From Spirochaetota bacterium (GTDB lineage Bacteria; Spirochaetota; UBA4802; UBA5550), in assembly GCA_963663865.1 (NCBI GenBank), contig OY760686.1, forward strand, positions 2,336,001-2,400,000: 64,000 nucleotides of DNA, written 5' to 3'. Every line of letters starts with the position of its first letter. The first letter of the stretch is position 1. The translations under genes and the position numbers were made by a program. The notes beneath the pieces are model-generated. The model searched no databases and was not told where the DNA came from. It was given only the letters and a program-made list of their open reading frames with translations. Shown here one piece after another: positions 25,441 through 35,772 of the stretch.

Positions 25441-26895
25441 ATGACAGCTATAATTCTGCTTGTTGTTTTCTTCGCCCTTATGATTGGAATCGGTATATGG
25501 GGAATGAAGAAAACATCGTCCCTCGGAGATTTCTTTCTCGGAGGCCGTAGCATCGGCCCATGGATATCATCTGTGGCCTACGGTACTACCTATTTCTCAG
25601 CGGTAATGTTCATCGGTTTCGCAGGGAAGCTCGGCTGGGGATTCGGCATCAACGTCCTGTGGATATCGGCCGGGAACGCATTCTTAGGCGCGCTTCTTGC
25701 CTGGATAGTCCTCGCGCGCAGAACCAGGCGCATGACACAGAACCTCGACGTCATGACTATGCCCGAGTTCCTTCACGAGCGCTTTCAGGGACGCTACATG
25801 AAGATGATCGCCGCAAGTATCATATTCATCTTCCTGCTTCCATACTCCGCCTCGGTCTTCAAGGGACTGGCACACCTCTTTGAGATAAACTTTAGTATGC
25901 CTTACGAATACGCTCTTCTAATAATGATCGGGATCACAGGCATATACCTTGTTCTGGGCGGTTACTTCGCTATAACCCTTACCGACTTCATACAGGGCTT
26001 CATCATGATAATCGGATCCATAGCGATGGTCGCGGTTCTGATTGGCAAGACCGGATCGGGCACTGAAATCTTTCAGAGGCTTTCCGAGGCGTACTCGGCC
26101 CACATGTCTGGCGGTAAAAGCCCCGGGATGCTTCTTCTTGCGTCTCTGGTTTTTATGACTTCAATGGGAGCCTGGGGAATGCCGCAGATGGTCCAGAAGT
26201 TCTACGCAATAAAAGACGAATCTGTTATCAAAAAGGCTACTATAGTAACAACTGTTTTTGCTGTAATAATAGTATTTTCAGCCTATTTCACAGGGGCGCT
26301 GTCTCATCTTTTCTACGACAGCATTCCTCTGGTCAACGGAAAGCCGGCCTTTGACAGGCTTATTCCCGATCTGCTTACAACGCACCTGCCAGAGGGCCTT
26401 ATGGCAATCATTCTTCTTCTTGTGCTGTCGGCCTCCATGTCGACACTCTCGTCTCTTGTGCTGGTATCTTCATCCTCAGTCGCGATTGACCTGTACAAGG
26501 GCCATATCAACCCCGAGATATCCAAGAAGGACTCACTGGCAATGATGCGCTTTCTGAGTGGTCTGTTTATAATCATCTCCTACTTTATTGCCCGATATGA
26601 ATTCGGCTTCATTGTCACTCTTATGTCGCTGTCATGGGGAGCCATTGCAGGAGCGTTTATGGCGCCCTACTTCTACGGCCTCTACTGGAAGGGAGCGACG
26701 CGGGCAGGAGCGGCAACTGGAATGGTTACGGGGATCACCCTGTCAGTATCTCTATTCTTCTACCTGGGAGCCGACAAATCACCGATAGCTTCCAGTATTG
26801 GAATGATCGTTCCATTCATTGTAGTCCCGGTTGTCAGCTGGTTTACAAAGAAGCCGAGCAGCGAACTTATCAGAAAGGCATTTGAGAATATTTAA
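25441..26895 (+). CDS. Sodium:solute symporter (PutP/PanF-like)
   Basis: About 13 TM helices; FFLGGRSIGPW, TDFIQG, SASMSTLSS motifs. Confidence 0.9.
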   Translation: MTAIILLVVFFALMIGIGIWGMKKTSSLGDFFLGGRSIGPWISSVAYGTTYFSAVMFIGFAGKLGWGFGINVLWISAGNAFLGALLAWIVLARRTRRMTQNLDVMTMPEFLHERFQGRYMKMIAASIIFIFLLPYSASVFKGLAHLFEINFSMPYEYALLIMIGITGIYLVLGGYFAITLTDFIQGFIMIIGSIAMVAVLIGKTGSGTEIFQRLSEAYSAHMSGGKSPGMLLLASLVFMTSMGAWGMPQMVQKFYAIKDESVIKKATIVTTVFAVIIVFSAYFTGALSHLFYDSIPLVNGKPAFDRLIPDLLTTHLPEGLMAIILLLVLSASMSTLSSLVLVSSSSVAIDLYKGHINPEISKKDSLAMMRFLSGLFIIISYFIARYEFGFIVTLMSLSWGAIAGAFMAPYFYGLYWKGATRAGAATGMVTGITLSVSLFFYLGADKSPIASSIGMIVPFIVVPVVSWFTKKPSSELIRKAFENI

Positions 26896-26910
26896 AACTT
26901 TTACATACTA

Positions 26911-26947
26911 AAAAGCAGAGGATGTCTCGCGAGCATCCTCTTCTTTT
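26911..26947. terminator. Bidirectional terminator between convergent genes
   Basis: GAGGATG...CATCCTC stem flanked by A-rich and T-rich tracts. Confidence 0.7.
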
Positions 26948-26975
26948 GTTTCTGTTATTGTATATCGCTCCAGGC

Positions 26976-29006
26976 TTATTTAAAAATCTTCATAAGCCAA
27001 ATATCACTACAGCTGGTAACTCCTGCAATATTAACCCCTGTCCCTCCGGCATAGAGGTTGTTCTCACTGTCGACAGCTAACGTGGTTATCAGATCATTAC
27101 CCTGTGATCCGTCTAAAATTATATTCCAGTTTTCAGTATCTTCAACACCACTGCTCGAATATTTTTTAATCCACCAGTCTTCAGTGTCAGAATCACCCAC
27201 AACAGCACCGGCCACATAGACATTGTTTTCACTGTCAATGACGATGGTATTGTCAATTTCATCACTTCTGTTGCAGTATATCTTCTTGTCCCAGTTTTCG
27301 GTGTCTTCGTTTCCGTCACTCGAGAACTTTTTGATCCACCAGTCAGACCAGTTATATATATTGGCCAGATTGATTCCAACCCCTACCGCATAAACGTTAT
27401 CATTACCGTCTATTGCCAGAGCATTCAGATGATCAATACTTCCATTGCCGTCAAAGACCTTGTTCCAGTTTTCAGTATCTTCGCTGCCTCTGCTGTCAAA
27501 CTTCTTGATCCACCAGTCATAGCTGGTTGATTCGCCTGCCAGATTCGTCCCGACCCCTCCGATATAGACATTGTCACTGCTATCAATGACAACTGAAAAT
27601 ACCAGATCATCGGAGCCGTTACCGTCAAAAACCTTGTTCCAGTTTTCAGTATCTTCATTGCCATTGCTGTCAAACTTCTTGATCCACCAGTCACAGCTGG
27701 TTGACTCGGCCTGATTATATCGGTAACCTGCTGCGTAGACATTGTTATTGCTGTCTATAGCTATTGAAGTGACGCCTTCGAGGCCGCGATTGTGATCAAA
27801 AGCCTTGTTCCAGTTTTCAGTATCTTCATTGCCAGCGCTGTCATACTTCTTTATAAACCAGTCATAGCTGGTATGCCCTTCATCCGTACTGTCTACAAGA
27901 TTGATACCATACCCAGCCACATAGAGATTATCATCGTTGTCCACAGCTATTGCATTTCCGGAATTAGAATAACATGCATCGCTAATTCTCTTGTTCCAAT
28001 TAACCGTATCCTCTGTACCATCACCAAGAATCTTCTTTACAAGCATATCACTATTATAAGCAGAATAATTCAGATCCATTTCCGACCATGCACAAGCCAT
28101 ATAGACATTGTCACTGCTGTCCAGGACGATTGAATTTATACGGTCTGTGTACCCATTGTTAAACACCCAGTTCTGACAAACTATACTAACAGGGCTGTAT
28201 TCGCTAGTGTTAGAACCGTTTACAGCCTGTATCCATATATAGTAATTTCTGTCATGTCTGATATCTGTTATGGTCGTTGATGTCCCGGTAATTCCTTCAA
28301 TATATTTCTCGTAGACAGATGAATCATCAGAAGTGTTGCATAATACGTTATAACTTTCCGCTCCCTCGACCGCTGACCAGCTCACCTCAATTGTATTATT
28401 GATGACCTTTACATCTGGTTTAACCGGATTTCCTGCCGCAATCACAGTCAATATGAAGGTCTTTGTTGCTGAACTGCTATTCATTGTAATGGTTGCTGTT
28501 AATACCAGTAAACTATTCCTTGTAAAGGGCCTGCACACACTGCCGTTATCAGTTATTATCCCCGGATTACTGCTTTCCCATGTAATTGTTGAACCGTTTG
28601 CCCCTGATTCAGGCAATACCAGATCACCTGTTATACTTTCTGAAGAATCCGACCCGTAAAAGGTTATAGCCAGGCTGTCGGCATCATCAGCTACTGTCTT
28701 CGCATCCTCGTCAACTAGTTCAAATGATGACGACCACAGCACATCAATTAATCCGTCACCATCAGTATCTATTCCGTCAGCAATACCGTCTCCGCTGCAA
28801 TCAATTCCTGCCGCATCTGAAAATCCGTCACCATCGGTATCAACATCACCTACAATTACGCCGCTCTGACCGATTATTGAAGGTTCTTCTTTTTGAGGGT
28901 TCACAACATTACTGTCATCAGATTCATCCGTTTCGTAACAGGCTGAAAGCATCGCGAATGCGGCAATCATAATCACATAAACACAATCCTTAATGGACTT
29001 TCTCAT
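26976..29006 (-). CDS. Multidomain surface lipoprotein (DxDxDG motifs, bacterial Ig-like, FN3-like, SBBP-type beta-propeller)
   Basis: Lipobox LSAC; DTDGDG motifs; LPESGANGSTITWESS Ig-like segment; VSWSAVEGAESY FN3-like segment; repeated AIDSxxNVY...DWWIKKFDSxGxEDTENWNK. Confidence 0.8.
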   Translation of the reverse strand: MRKSIKDCVYVIMIAAFAMLSACYETDESDDSNVVNPQKEEPSIIGQSGVIVGDVDTDGDGFSDAAGIDCSGDGIADGIDTDGDGLIDVLWSSSFELVDEDAKTVADDADSLAITFYGSDSSESITGDLVLPESGANGSTITWESSNPGIITDNGSVCRPFTRNSLLVLTATITMNSSSATKTFILTVIAAGNPVKPDVKVINNTIEVSWSAVEGAESYNVLCNTSDDSSVYEKYIEGITGTSTTITDIRHDRNYYIWIQAVNGSNTSEYSPVSIVCQNWVFNNGYTDRINSIVLDSSDNVYMACAWSEMDLNYSAYNSDMLVKKILGDGTEDTVNWNKRISDACYSNSGNAIAVDNDDNLYVAGYGINLVDSTDEGHTSYDWFIKKYDSAGNEDTENWNKAFDHNRGLEGVTSIAIDSNNNVYAAGYRYNQAESTSCDWWIKKFDSNGNEDTENWNKVFDGNGSDDLVFSVVIDSSDNVYIGGVGTNLAGESTSYDWWIKKFDSRGSEDTENWNKVFDGNGSIDHLNALAIDGNDNVYAVGVGINLANIYNWSDWWIKKFSSDGNEDTENWDKKIYCNRSDEIDNTIVIDSENNVYVAGAVVGDSDTEDWWIKKYSSSGVEDTENWNIILDGSQGNDLITTLAVDSENNLYAGGTGVNIAGVTSCSDIWLMKIFK
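27100..28030 (-). repeat. Intragenic repeats of about 55-58 aa (DW(W/F)IKK..S.G.EDTENW)
   Basis: About six protein repeats; recurrent DNA CCAGTTTTCAGTATCTTC near 27126, 27466, 27640 and 27809. Confidence 0.85.
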
Positions 29007-29221
29007 GAATTCTCCTCATTTCAAATTTGTAATATTATGCAATTATATAATATAATATATTTCATACTGTCAACACTTTTATACAACTTCTACCGAATTG
29101 CTTTGTCTCGATAAAATCAGGGTAAAACACAGGGAGAGCGATACTGTTTAGCACTACAACACTTCAATGCTCTTGTTGATAAAAATGGGGCTGTCCTGAA
29201 ACAAGGGTAGCCCTTTTTCGG

Positions 29222-29264
29222 TGCACAAAAAAAGCCGGGTCAAAACCCGGCTTTTCTCATTACA
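29222..29264 (-). terminator. 43-bp boundary repeat R1 (terminator hairpin of LRR gene copy 1)
   Basis: TGCAC-A7-GCCGGGTC-AAAA-CCCGGCTTTTCTCATTACA. Confidence 0.85.
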
Positions 29265-29275
29265 AATTTACTTTT

Positions 29276-30298
29276 TTACCACAAACAGTCGCCATACTCA
29301 ACCGTAACACCTCTGGCTTCCAGTTCGGGAATATACGTGTTGATGGTTGCATCACTGGATGGAGTCTGCATCAGATATACAGTATCTCCCTCGCCAATAC
29401 CTGTATTCTGAAGCAGCGGTGAGATGTCTGCGACAGGATTGCTTGAAAGACCAATTACCTGTAACTCAACAAGCCCAATCAAAAAAGACAAATCGTCAAT
29501 ATAGTTACCCTTATATGAATCTCCGCAAGAAGGTGTATATGATCCATCATAATAATAAAGCGGGACCCCGGCATTAAACTCTTGAAGAGCCGTTAAGCTG
29601 GAAACGAATTCGAAATACCCGGTTGCCAGATAATTCATACCAATGTCAAGACCCTTCAACTTCTTGAGTCCTGAGAGAGGTTGAAACTGTTCAGGTGTAA
29701 GGTTAAAAGGACGTTCGGGCAAATCATCCAAATCGTCAAAAATTATAGTTATGGAGGTTGATGTACTGCCAAGCCCGTTCCTGCTTACATCAAGATACTC
29801 AAGATCGGCCAGATTTGCCAGAAGACCTATTTTACCCCATTCATCACCACCCAGATACAACGAATTATTTATCGAAAGACGCTTTAGCTGAGTCATTGAT
29901 GATATTAGTTCAAGCGAATTAAGTCTTGTTCTCTCTATTTTAAGCTCTGAAACATTGGACAATTCACCCAGAACAGAAAAATCGGTTACATTCAGGCAGT
30001 TAATTATACTCAAAGAATTAAGTTCTGAAAACTTTCTCAAATCAGAGAGATCGCTTACCTCTGAATCTTCAAGAACAAATCCCCTTATACCTGTGATATC
30101 TGATTCGTAGATATCGCCTGTACTCCTGCCGATAAGTTCTCTTACAGCATCTTCAATACAGCTGTCTGCAAAAAATACTGCACTCTGCTCCTGAACCTCT
30201 GGAGTGACCGTCGACTCTTCAGGCGTTGAACTGTCGTCGCATCCCGGGAAAATCACCATTAAACTAACAAAAGCAAGAAAAGATATTGAGTTTTTCAT
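29276..30298 (-). CDS. Leucine-rich-repeat (internalin-like) lipoprotein, copy 1
   Basis: ATG 30298 after AGGAGG; FPGC lipobox; FADSCIEDAVRELIG cap; LxxLxxLxxLxL repeats. Confidence 0.88.
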   Translation of the reverse strand: MKNSISFLAFVSLMVIFPGCDDSSTPEESTVTPEVQEQSAVFFADSCIEDAVRELIGRSTGDIYESDITGIRGFVLEDSEVSDLSDLRKFSELNSLSIINCLNVTDFSVLGELSNVSELKIERTRLNSLELISSMTQLKRLSINNSLYLGGDEWGKIGLLANLADLEYLDVSRNGLGSTSTSITIIFDDLDDLPERPFNLTPEQFQPLSGLKKLKGLDIGMNYLATGYFEFVSSLTALQEFNAGVPLYYYDGSYTPSCGDSYKGNYIDDLSFLIGLVELQVIGLSSNPVADISPLLQNTGIGEGDTVYLMQTPSSDATINTYIPELEARGVTVEYGDCLW

Positions 30299-30318
30299 TT
30301 TAGCCCTCCTGAGAATAA

Positions 30319-32034
30319 TCAATGCCCATATCCTGTTGTATTAAAACCAAGGCTGTTCCATATTTCAACGGCTGTCTGCCCATACCAGAGATATATATTA
30401 TCGCCCGGGAATAACTCATTCGCAAGCTCATATGTTCCCAAAACCCAGAGCTGAGCCGCCTCAGGGTATGTGATGGTTGAAGTCATATAGTTTCTCATTA
30501 GTCCGATTGCAAGAGTGCTGGTAAAATCAAGTCCAAGGCTTTGAGTCAACAGATAGAATGCATGGCTTTGAACACAGGAGTTTCTATGAACAAACACTTT
30601 ATTATTATTTCCATAATACCAATTAGTCCCGCAATATACAGATGGAGCTCCAAGCGAATTTGGATTTCTAAAGTCACGAATAGCTACCCTATCAAGAATA
30701 AAATCCTCCCCGCCGTACCAATCAGCAGTTCCTGCCTGTTTATCAGGGTATAATTCTGTCCCGTCTTGCTGGAAATAAAATTCAACTATTGTCCCATAAA
30801 TATCACAAAATGACTCATTTAGGGCACCTGATTCACCCGTTTAGAGAAGACCGCTTGAATATTTGATCATCGCATGGGAAAATTCGTGAGCAATAACATC
30901 CAGAACCGTCAAAGCAGTACAACCCTCCCCATTACCATCACCAATAATAAAAATATCTCTGTTCCCATAAAAACGGGCTTTATCATCCTCGAAATAATAT
31001 TCATCAACTTGAACCGTACCGTCGTAAATGTAAAATTTAGAAACTCCGTCCAGTGGTCCTGAAAAAGGAACATCAGCTACTGAAGTTGTATAATATATAA
31101 CTCTATCAATGTTATATGCTGCTGAAATTGCTGCCGGGTAGTAATTGCCAAAGGAGGTTGATGAATTAGAAAAAATATATGTCCCGCTTTCTAAAGATGA
31201 AGTTAAACAATGAATTTCCCAAAATCTTGTTGGACTTAACAAATAATACAGTCCATCATAAAAGCTATATGCTCCTGTAAAAGAAACGGTGCCTCCGCCC
31301 TCTCCGCTTAATCTTGTACCGCTGAGAGTAACAGGATAACCGCTTGAATAGATATTACTGATTTTCCCGATTATATCACCTGAATTAGCATCAATATAAT
31401 AATCAAAAGACTGGTATCCTTTTCCAATCTCATTATAGCTTGCAGTAATACGGTACGCCCTTTTCTCAGCGTAAATAACGTCTTCATATTCATCCTTCAA
31501 GTTGACTGGACTATTAGCGTCCAATAGTTCAATCAAAATAGCTTTAGCATTCTCTACAGATAATTTACACTCGAATGACTGCTCATCAGGCTCAAAGTTT
31601 TTCCCGTTTATCATAAACACATTGCCATCTCTGTCGATGTGTTCAATTAACTCAGCTCCGACTATCCTGCAGCCCTTAAAGTATTGCTGAAAACGATTGT
31701 GGGTTTTTCCAAACTTGTCTGTTTCAGAACGAACTTTTATAAGTTCGACGTCAGAAGAAATGCTGCATTTTTTAAGCATGTTGATACTTAGCTTCGCAGC
31801 AGGTGAAGCATTTCGAGTGAGAGAGGATGTTTCGTTATTATACTTAAAACCAGTTGTCTTAATAACAGTCTTTAACCCTGAATTCACATCAATGATGGCA
31901 TAATTTTCTTCAGTTTGAGAACCACAGCCGTAAAGAAAAACGAGTAGAATAAATAATAAACCTATTAAAGTTGCCCGACTTCGCCATGAAGTAGCATTAA
32001 CTCCGAATATAAAAAAAGTCTTCATAAACTTCAA
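30319..32034 (-). pseudogene. Thermolysin-like M4 metalloprotease lipoprotein with one in-frame TAA (30841-30843), copy 1
   Basis: LYGC lipobox; FTP/PepSY-like propeptide; DVIAHEFSH. After the TAA the frame continues TGESGALNESFCD...DWYGGED...RDFRNP...VHRNS..SHAFYLL to 30319 with no further stop. Confidence 0.9.
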
Positions 32035-32450
32035 ATTCCCCCCAAAAAATATACTTCATAATCCTGACGATCGATCAAATGTCACAAAATCAGATTGAGA
32101 GTGATAAAGCTTGTAAATACCAATACCTATGGCCGATTAATAAACCTTAGCTGAAATCTCTCACGGCTAATCGTATCAAGATTGCGTATATAGTTGACAG
32201 TCCTAAGGTTGCAAGTAAAACATAAAAGGAGTGAGCGGTCGCCCCAGCCTATCCGCTGGTGCTTTTTTATGGGAGTGTTTCTCGTTTTTCAAGAATAAAG
32301 TTTTGAATATATCGGATGCATTATTTTAGAAATTGATTATTGCAGAGTATAAAATTCTTTTATATCTTCTTAAATGATCAGCTGCTTTTAGTTGCTTGAA
32401 TTTACGTATGGCATGCACCGGCAAATATTGCTTTATAAAGATAATATTGC

Positions 32451-32493
32451 TGCACAAAAAAGCCGGGTCAAAAACCCGGCTTTTCTCATTACA
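32451..32493 (-). terminator. 43-bp boundary repeat R2
   Basis: TGCAC-A6-GCCGGGTC-AAAAA-CCCGGCTTTTCTCATTACA. Confidence 0.85.
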
Positions 32494-32504
32494 ATTTTAC
32501 TTGT

Positions 32505-33527
32505 TTACCACAAACAGTCGCCATACTCAACCGTAACACCTCTGGCTTCCAGTTCGGGAATATACGTGTTGATGGTTGCATCACTGGATGGAGTCTGCAT
32601 CAGATATACAGTATCTCCCTCGCCAATACCTGTATTCTGAAGCAGCGGTGAGATGTCTGCGACAGGATTGCTTGACAAATCAATCTTTTGCAGTTCTGAA
32701 AGAGTACTCAAGAAAGAAACATCATCAATGTAATTACCCTTATATGAATCTCCACATGGAGCGGTATATGATTCATACCAATAATATTCCGGAATGCACG
32801 CATTAAAGTTTTGAAGGGCTGTTAAACCAGAAACGAATTCGAAATACCCGGTTGCCAGATAATTCATACCAATGTCAAGACCCTTCAACTTCTTGAGTCC
32901 TGAGAGAGGTTGAAACTGTTCAGGTGTAAGGTTAAAAGGACGTTCGGGCAAATCATCCAAATCGTCAAAAATTATAGTTATGGAGGTTGATGTACTGCCA
33001 AGCCCGTTCCTGCTTACATCAAGATACTCAAGATCGGCCAGATTTGCCAGAAGACCTATTTTACCCCATTCATCACCACCCAGATACAACGAATTATTTA
33101 TTGAAAGACGCTTTAGCTGAGTCATTGATGATATTAGTTCAAGCGAATTAAGTCTTGTTCTCTCTATTTTAAGCTCTGAAACATTGGACAATTCACCCAG
33201 AACAGAAAAATCGGTTACATTCAGGCAGTTAATTATACTCAAAGAATTAAGTTCTGAAAACTTTCTCAAATCAGAGAGATCGCTTACCTCTGAATCTTCA
33301 AGAACAAATCCCCTTATACCTGTGATATCTGATTCGTAGATATCGCCTGTACTCCTGCCGATAAGTTCTCTTACAGCATCTTCAATACAGCTGTCTGCAA
33401 AAAATACTGCACTCTGCTCCTGAACCTCTGGAGTGACCGTCGACTCTTCAGGCGTTGAACTGTCGTCGCATCCCGGGAAAATCACCATTAAACTAACAAA
33501 AGCAAGAAAAGATATTGAGTTTTTCAT
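32505..33527 (-). CDS. Leucine-rich-repeat lipoprotein, copy 2 (variant loop)
   Basis: Protein identical to copy 1 except the segment encoded by 32676-32829. Confidence 0.88.
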   Translation of the reverse strand: MKNSISFLAFVSLMVIFPGCDDSSTPEESTVTPEVQEQSAVFFADSCIEDAVRELIGRSTGDIYESDITGIRGFVLEDSEVSDLSDLRKFSELNSLSIINCLNVTDFSVLGELSNVSELKIERTRLNSLELISSMTQLKRLSINNSLYLGGDEWGKIGLLANLADLEYLDVSRNGLGSTSTSITIIFDDLDDLPERPFNLTPEQFQPLSGLKKLKGLDIGMNYLATGYFEFVSGLTALQNFNACIPEYYWYESYTAPCGDSYKGNYIDDVSFLSTLSELQKIDLSSNPVADISPLLQNTGIGEGDTVYLMQTPSSDATINTYIPELEARGVTVEYGDCLW

Positions 33528-33547
33528 TTTAGCCCTCCTGAGAATAA

Positions 33548-35263
33548 TCAATGCCCATATCCTGTTGTATTAAAACCAAGGCTGTTCCATATTTCAACGG
33601 CTGTCTGCCCATACCAGAGATATATATTATCGCCCGGGAATAACTCATTCGCAAGCTCATATGTTCCCAAAACCCAGAGCTGAGCCGCCTCAGGGTATGT
33701 GATGGTTGAAGTCATATAGTTTCTCATTAGTCCGATTGCAAGAGTGCTGGTAAAATCAAGTCCAAGGCTTTGAGTCAACAGATAGAATGCATGGCTTTGA
33801 ACACAGGAGTTTCTATGAACAAACACTTTATTATTATTTCCATAATACCAATTAGTCCCGCAATATACAGATGGAGCTCCAAGCGAATTTGGATTTCTAA
33901 AGTCACGAATAGCTACCCTATCAAGAATAAAATCCTCCCCGCCGTACCAATCAGCAGTTCCTGCCTGTTTATCAGGGTATAATTCTGTCCCGTCTTGCTG
34001 GAAATAAAATTCAACTATTGTCCCATAAATATCACAAAATGACTCATTTAGGGCACCTGATTCACCCGTTTAGAGAAGACCGCTTGAATATTTGATCATC
34101 GCATGGGAAAATTCGTGAGCAATAACATCCAGAACCGTCAAAGCAGTACAACCCTCCCCATTACCATCACCAATAATAAAAATATCTCTGTTCCCATAAA
34201 AACGGGCTTTATCATCCTCGAAATAATATTCATCAACTTGAACCGTACCGTCGTAAATGTAAAATTTAGAAACTCCGTCCAGTGGTCCTGAAAAAGGAAC
34301 ATCAGCTACTGAAGTTGTATAATATATAACTCTATCAATGTTATATGCTGCTGAAATTGCTGCCGGGTAGTAATTGCCAAAGGAGGTTGATGAATTAGAA
34401 AAAATATATGTCCCGCTTTCTAAAGATGAAGTTAAACAATGAATTTCCCAAAATCTTGTTGGACTTAACAAATAATACAGTCCATCATAAAAGCTATATG
34501 CTCCTGTAAAAGAAACGGTGCCTCCGCCCTCTCCGCTTAATCTTGTACCGCTGAGAGTAACAGGATAACCGCTTGAATAGATATTACTGATTTTCCCGAT
34601 TATATCACCTGAATTAGCATCAATATAATAATCAAAAGACTGGTATCCTTTTCCAATCTCATTATAGCTTGCAGTAATACGGTACGCCCTTTTCTCAGCG
34701 TAAATAACGTCTTCATATTCATCCTTCAAGTTGACTGGACTATTAGCGTCCAATAGTTCAATCAAAATAGCTTTAGCATTCTCTACAGATAATTTACACT
34801 CGAATGACTGCTCATCAGGCTCAAAGTTTTTCCCGTTTATCATAAACACATTGCCATCTCTGTCGATGTGTTCAATTAACTCAGCTCCGACTATCCTGCA
34901 GCCCTTAAAGTATTGCTGAAAACGATTGTGGGTTTTTCCAAACTTGTCTGTTTCAGAACGAACTTTTATAAGTTCGACGTCAGAAGAAATGCTGCATTTT
35001 TTAAGCATGTTGATACTTAGCTTCGCAGCAGGTGAAGCATTTCGAGTGAGAGAGGATGTTTCGTTATTATACTTAAAACCAGTTGTCTTAATAACAGTCT
35101 TTAACCCTGAATTCACATCAATGATGGCATAATTTTCTTCAGTTTGAGAACCACAGCCGTAAAGAAAAACGAGTAGAATAAATAATAAACCTATTAAAGT
35201 TGCCCGACTTCGCCATGAAGTAGCATTAACTCCGAATATAAAAAAAGTCTTCATAAACTTCAA
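33548..35263 (-). pseudogene. M4 metalloprotease lipoprotein with one in-frame TAA (34070-34072), copy 2
   Basis: Same sequence as copy 1, including the stop. Confidence 0.9.
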
Positions 35264-35679
35264 ATTCCCCCCAAAAAATATACTTCATAATCCTGACGAT
35301 CGATCAAATGTCACAAAATCAGATTGAGAGTGATAAAGCTTGTAAATACCAATACCTATGGCCGATTAATAAACCTTAGCTGAAATCTCTCACGGCTAAT
35401 CGTATCAAGATTGCGTATATAGTTGACAGTCCTAAGGTTGCAAGTAAAACATAAAAGGAGTGAGCGGTCGCCCCAGCCTATCCGCTGGTGCTTTTTTATG
35501 GGAGTGTTTCTCGTTTTTCAAGAATAAAGTTTTGAATATATCGGATGCATTATTTTAGAAATTGATTATTGCAGAGTATAAAATTCTTTTATATCTTCTT
35601 AAATGATCAGCTGCTTTTAGTTGCTTGAATTTACGTATGGCATGCACCGGCAAATATTGCTTTATAAAGATAATATTGC

Positions 35680-35722
35680 TGCACAAAAAAGCCGGGTCAA
35701 AAACCCGGCTTTTCTCATTACA
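35680..35722 (-). repeat. 43-bp boundary repeat R3
   Basis: Identical to R2 but followed by unrelated sequence. Confidence 0.9.
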
Positions 35723-35723
35723 G

Positions 35724-35749
35724 AAGAGGCGGGTAAAAACCCGCCTCTT
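35724..35749 (-). terminator. Hairpin downstream of the DUF1858 gene
   Basis: AAGAGGCGGGT-AAAA-ACCCGCCTCTT. Confidence 0.7.
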
Positions 35750-35772
35750 TAAGCATTCATTATTGATTACGA

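Larger units (their letters stand above)
29222..35722. repeat. Tandem duplication with 3229-bp period (29222-32450 and 32451-35679) plus a third copy of the 43-bp boundary
   Basis: ORF pairs offset by exactly 3229. By eye the copies differ only in a 154-bp patch, one synonymous SNP and a few bases at the first boundary. Confidence 0.97.

Noticed and set aside
32190-32275. Riboswitch or small RNA upstream of the M4 genes (also at +3229)
   Set aside because: Only an imperfect hairpin and a lone TTGACA; no recognisable aptamer consensus.
29447-32829. Diversity-generating retroelement TR/VR pair
   Set aside because: Differences include many C/T and other non-adenine synonymous changes (TCC/TCT, GCT/GCC, TGC/TGT, AAC/AAT), and there is no reverse transcriptase in the window.
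29222-35722. Integron attC sites or CRISPR repeats
   Set aside because: The repeats are 3.2 kb apart and look like intrinsic terminators. I see no attC core boxes, intI or cas genes.
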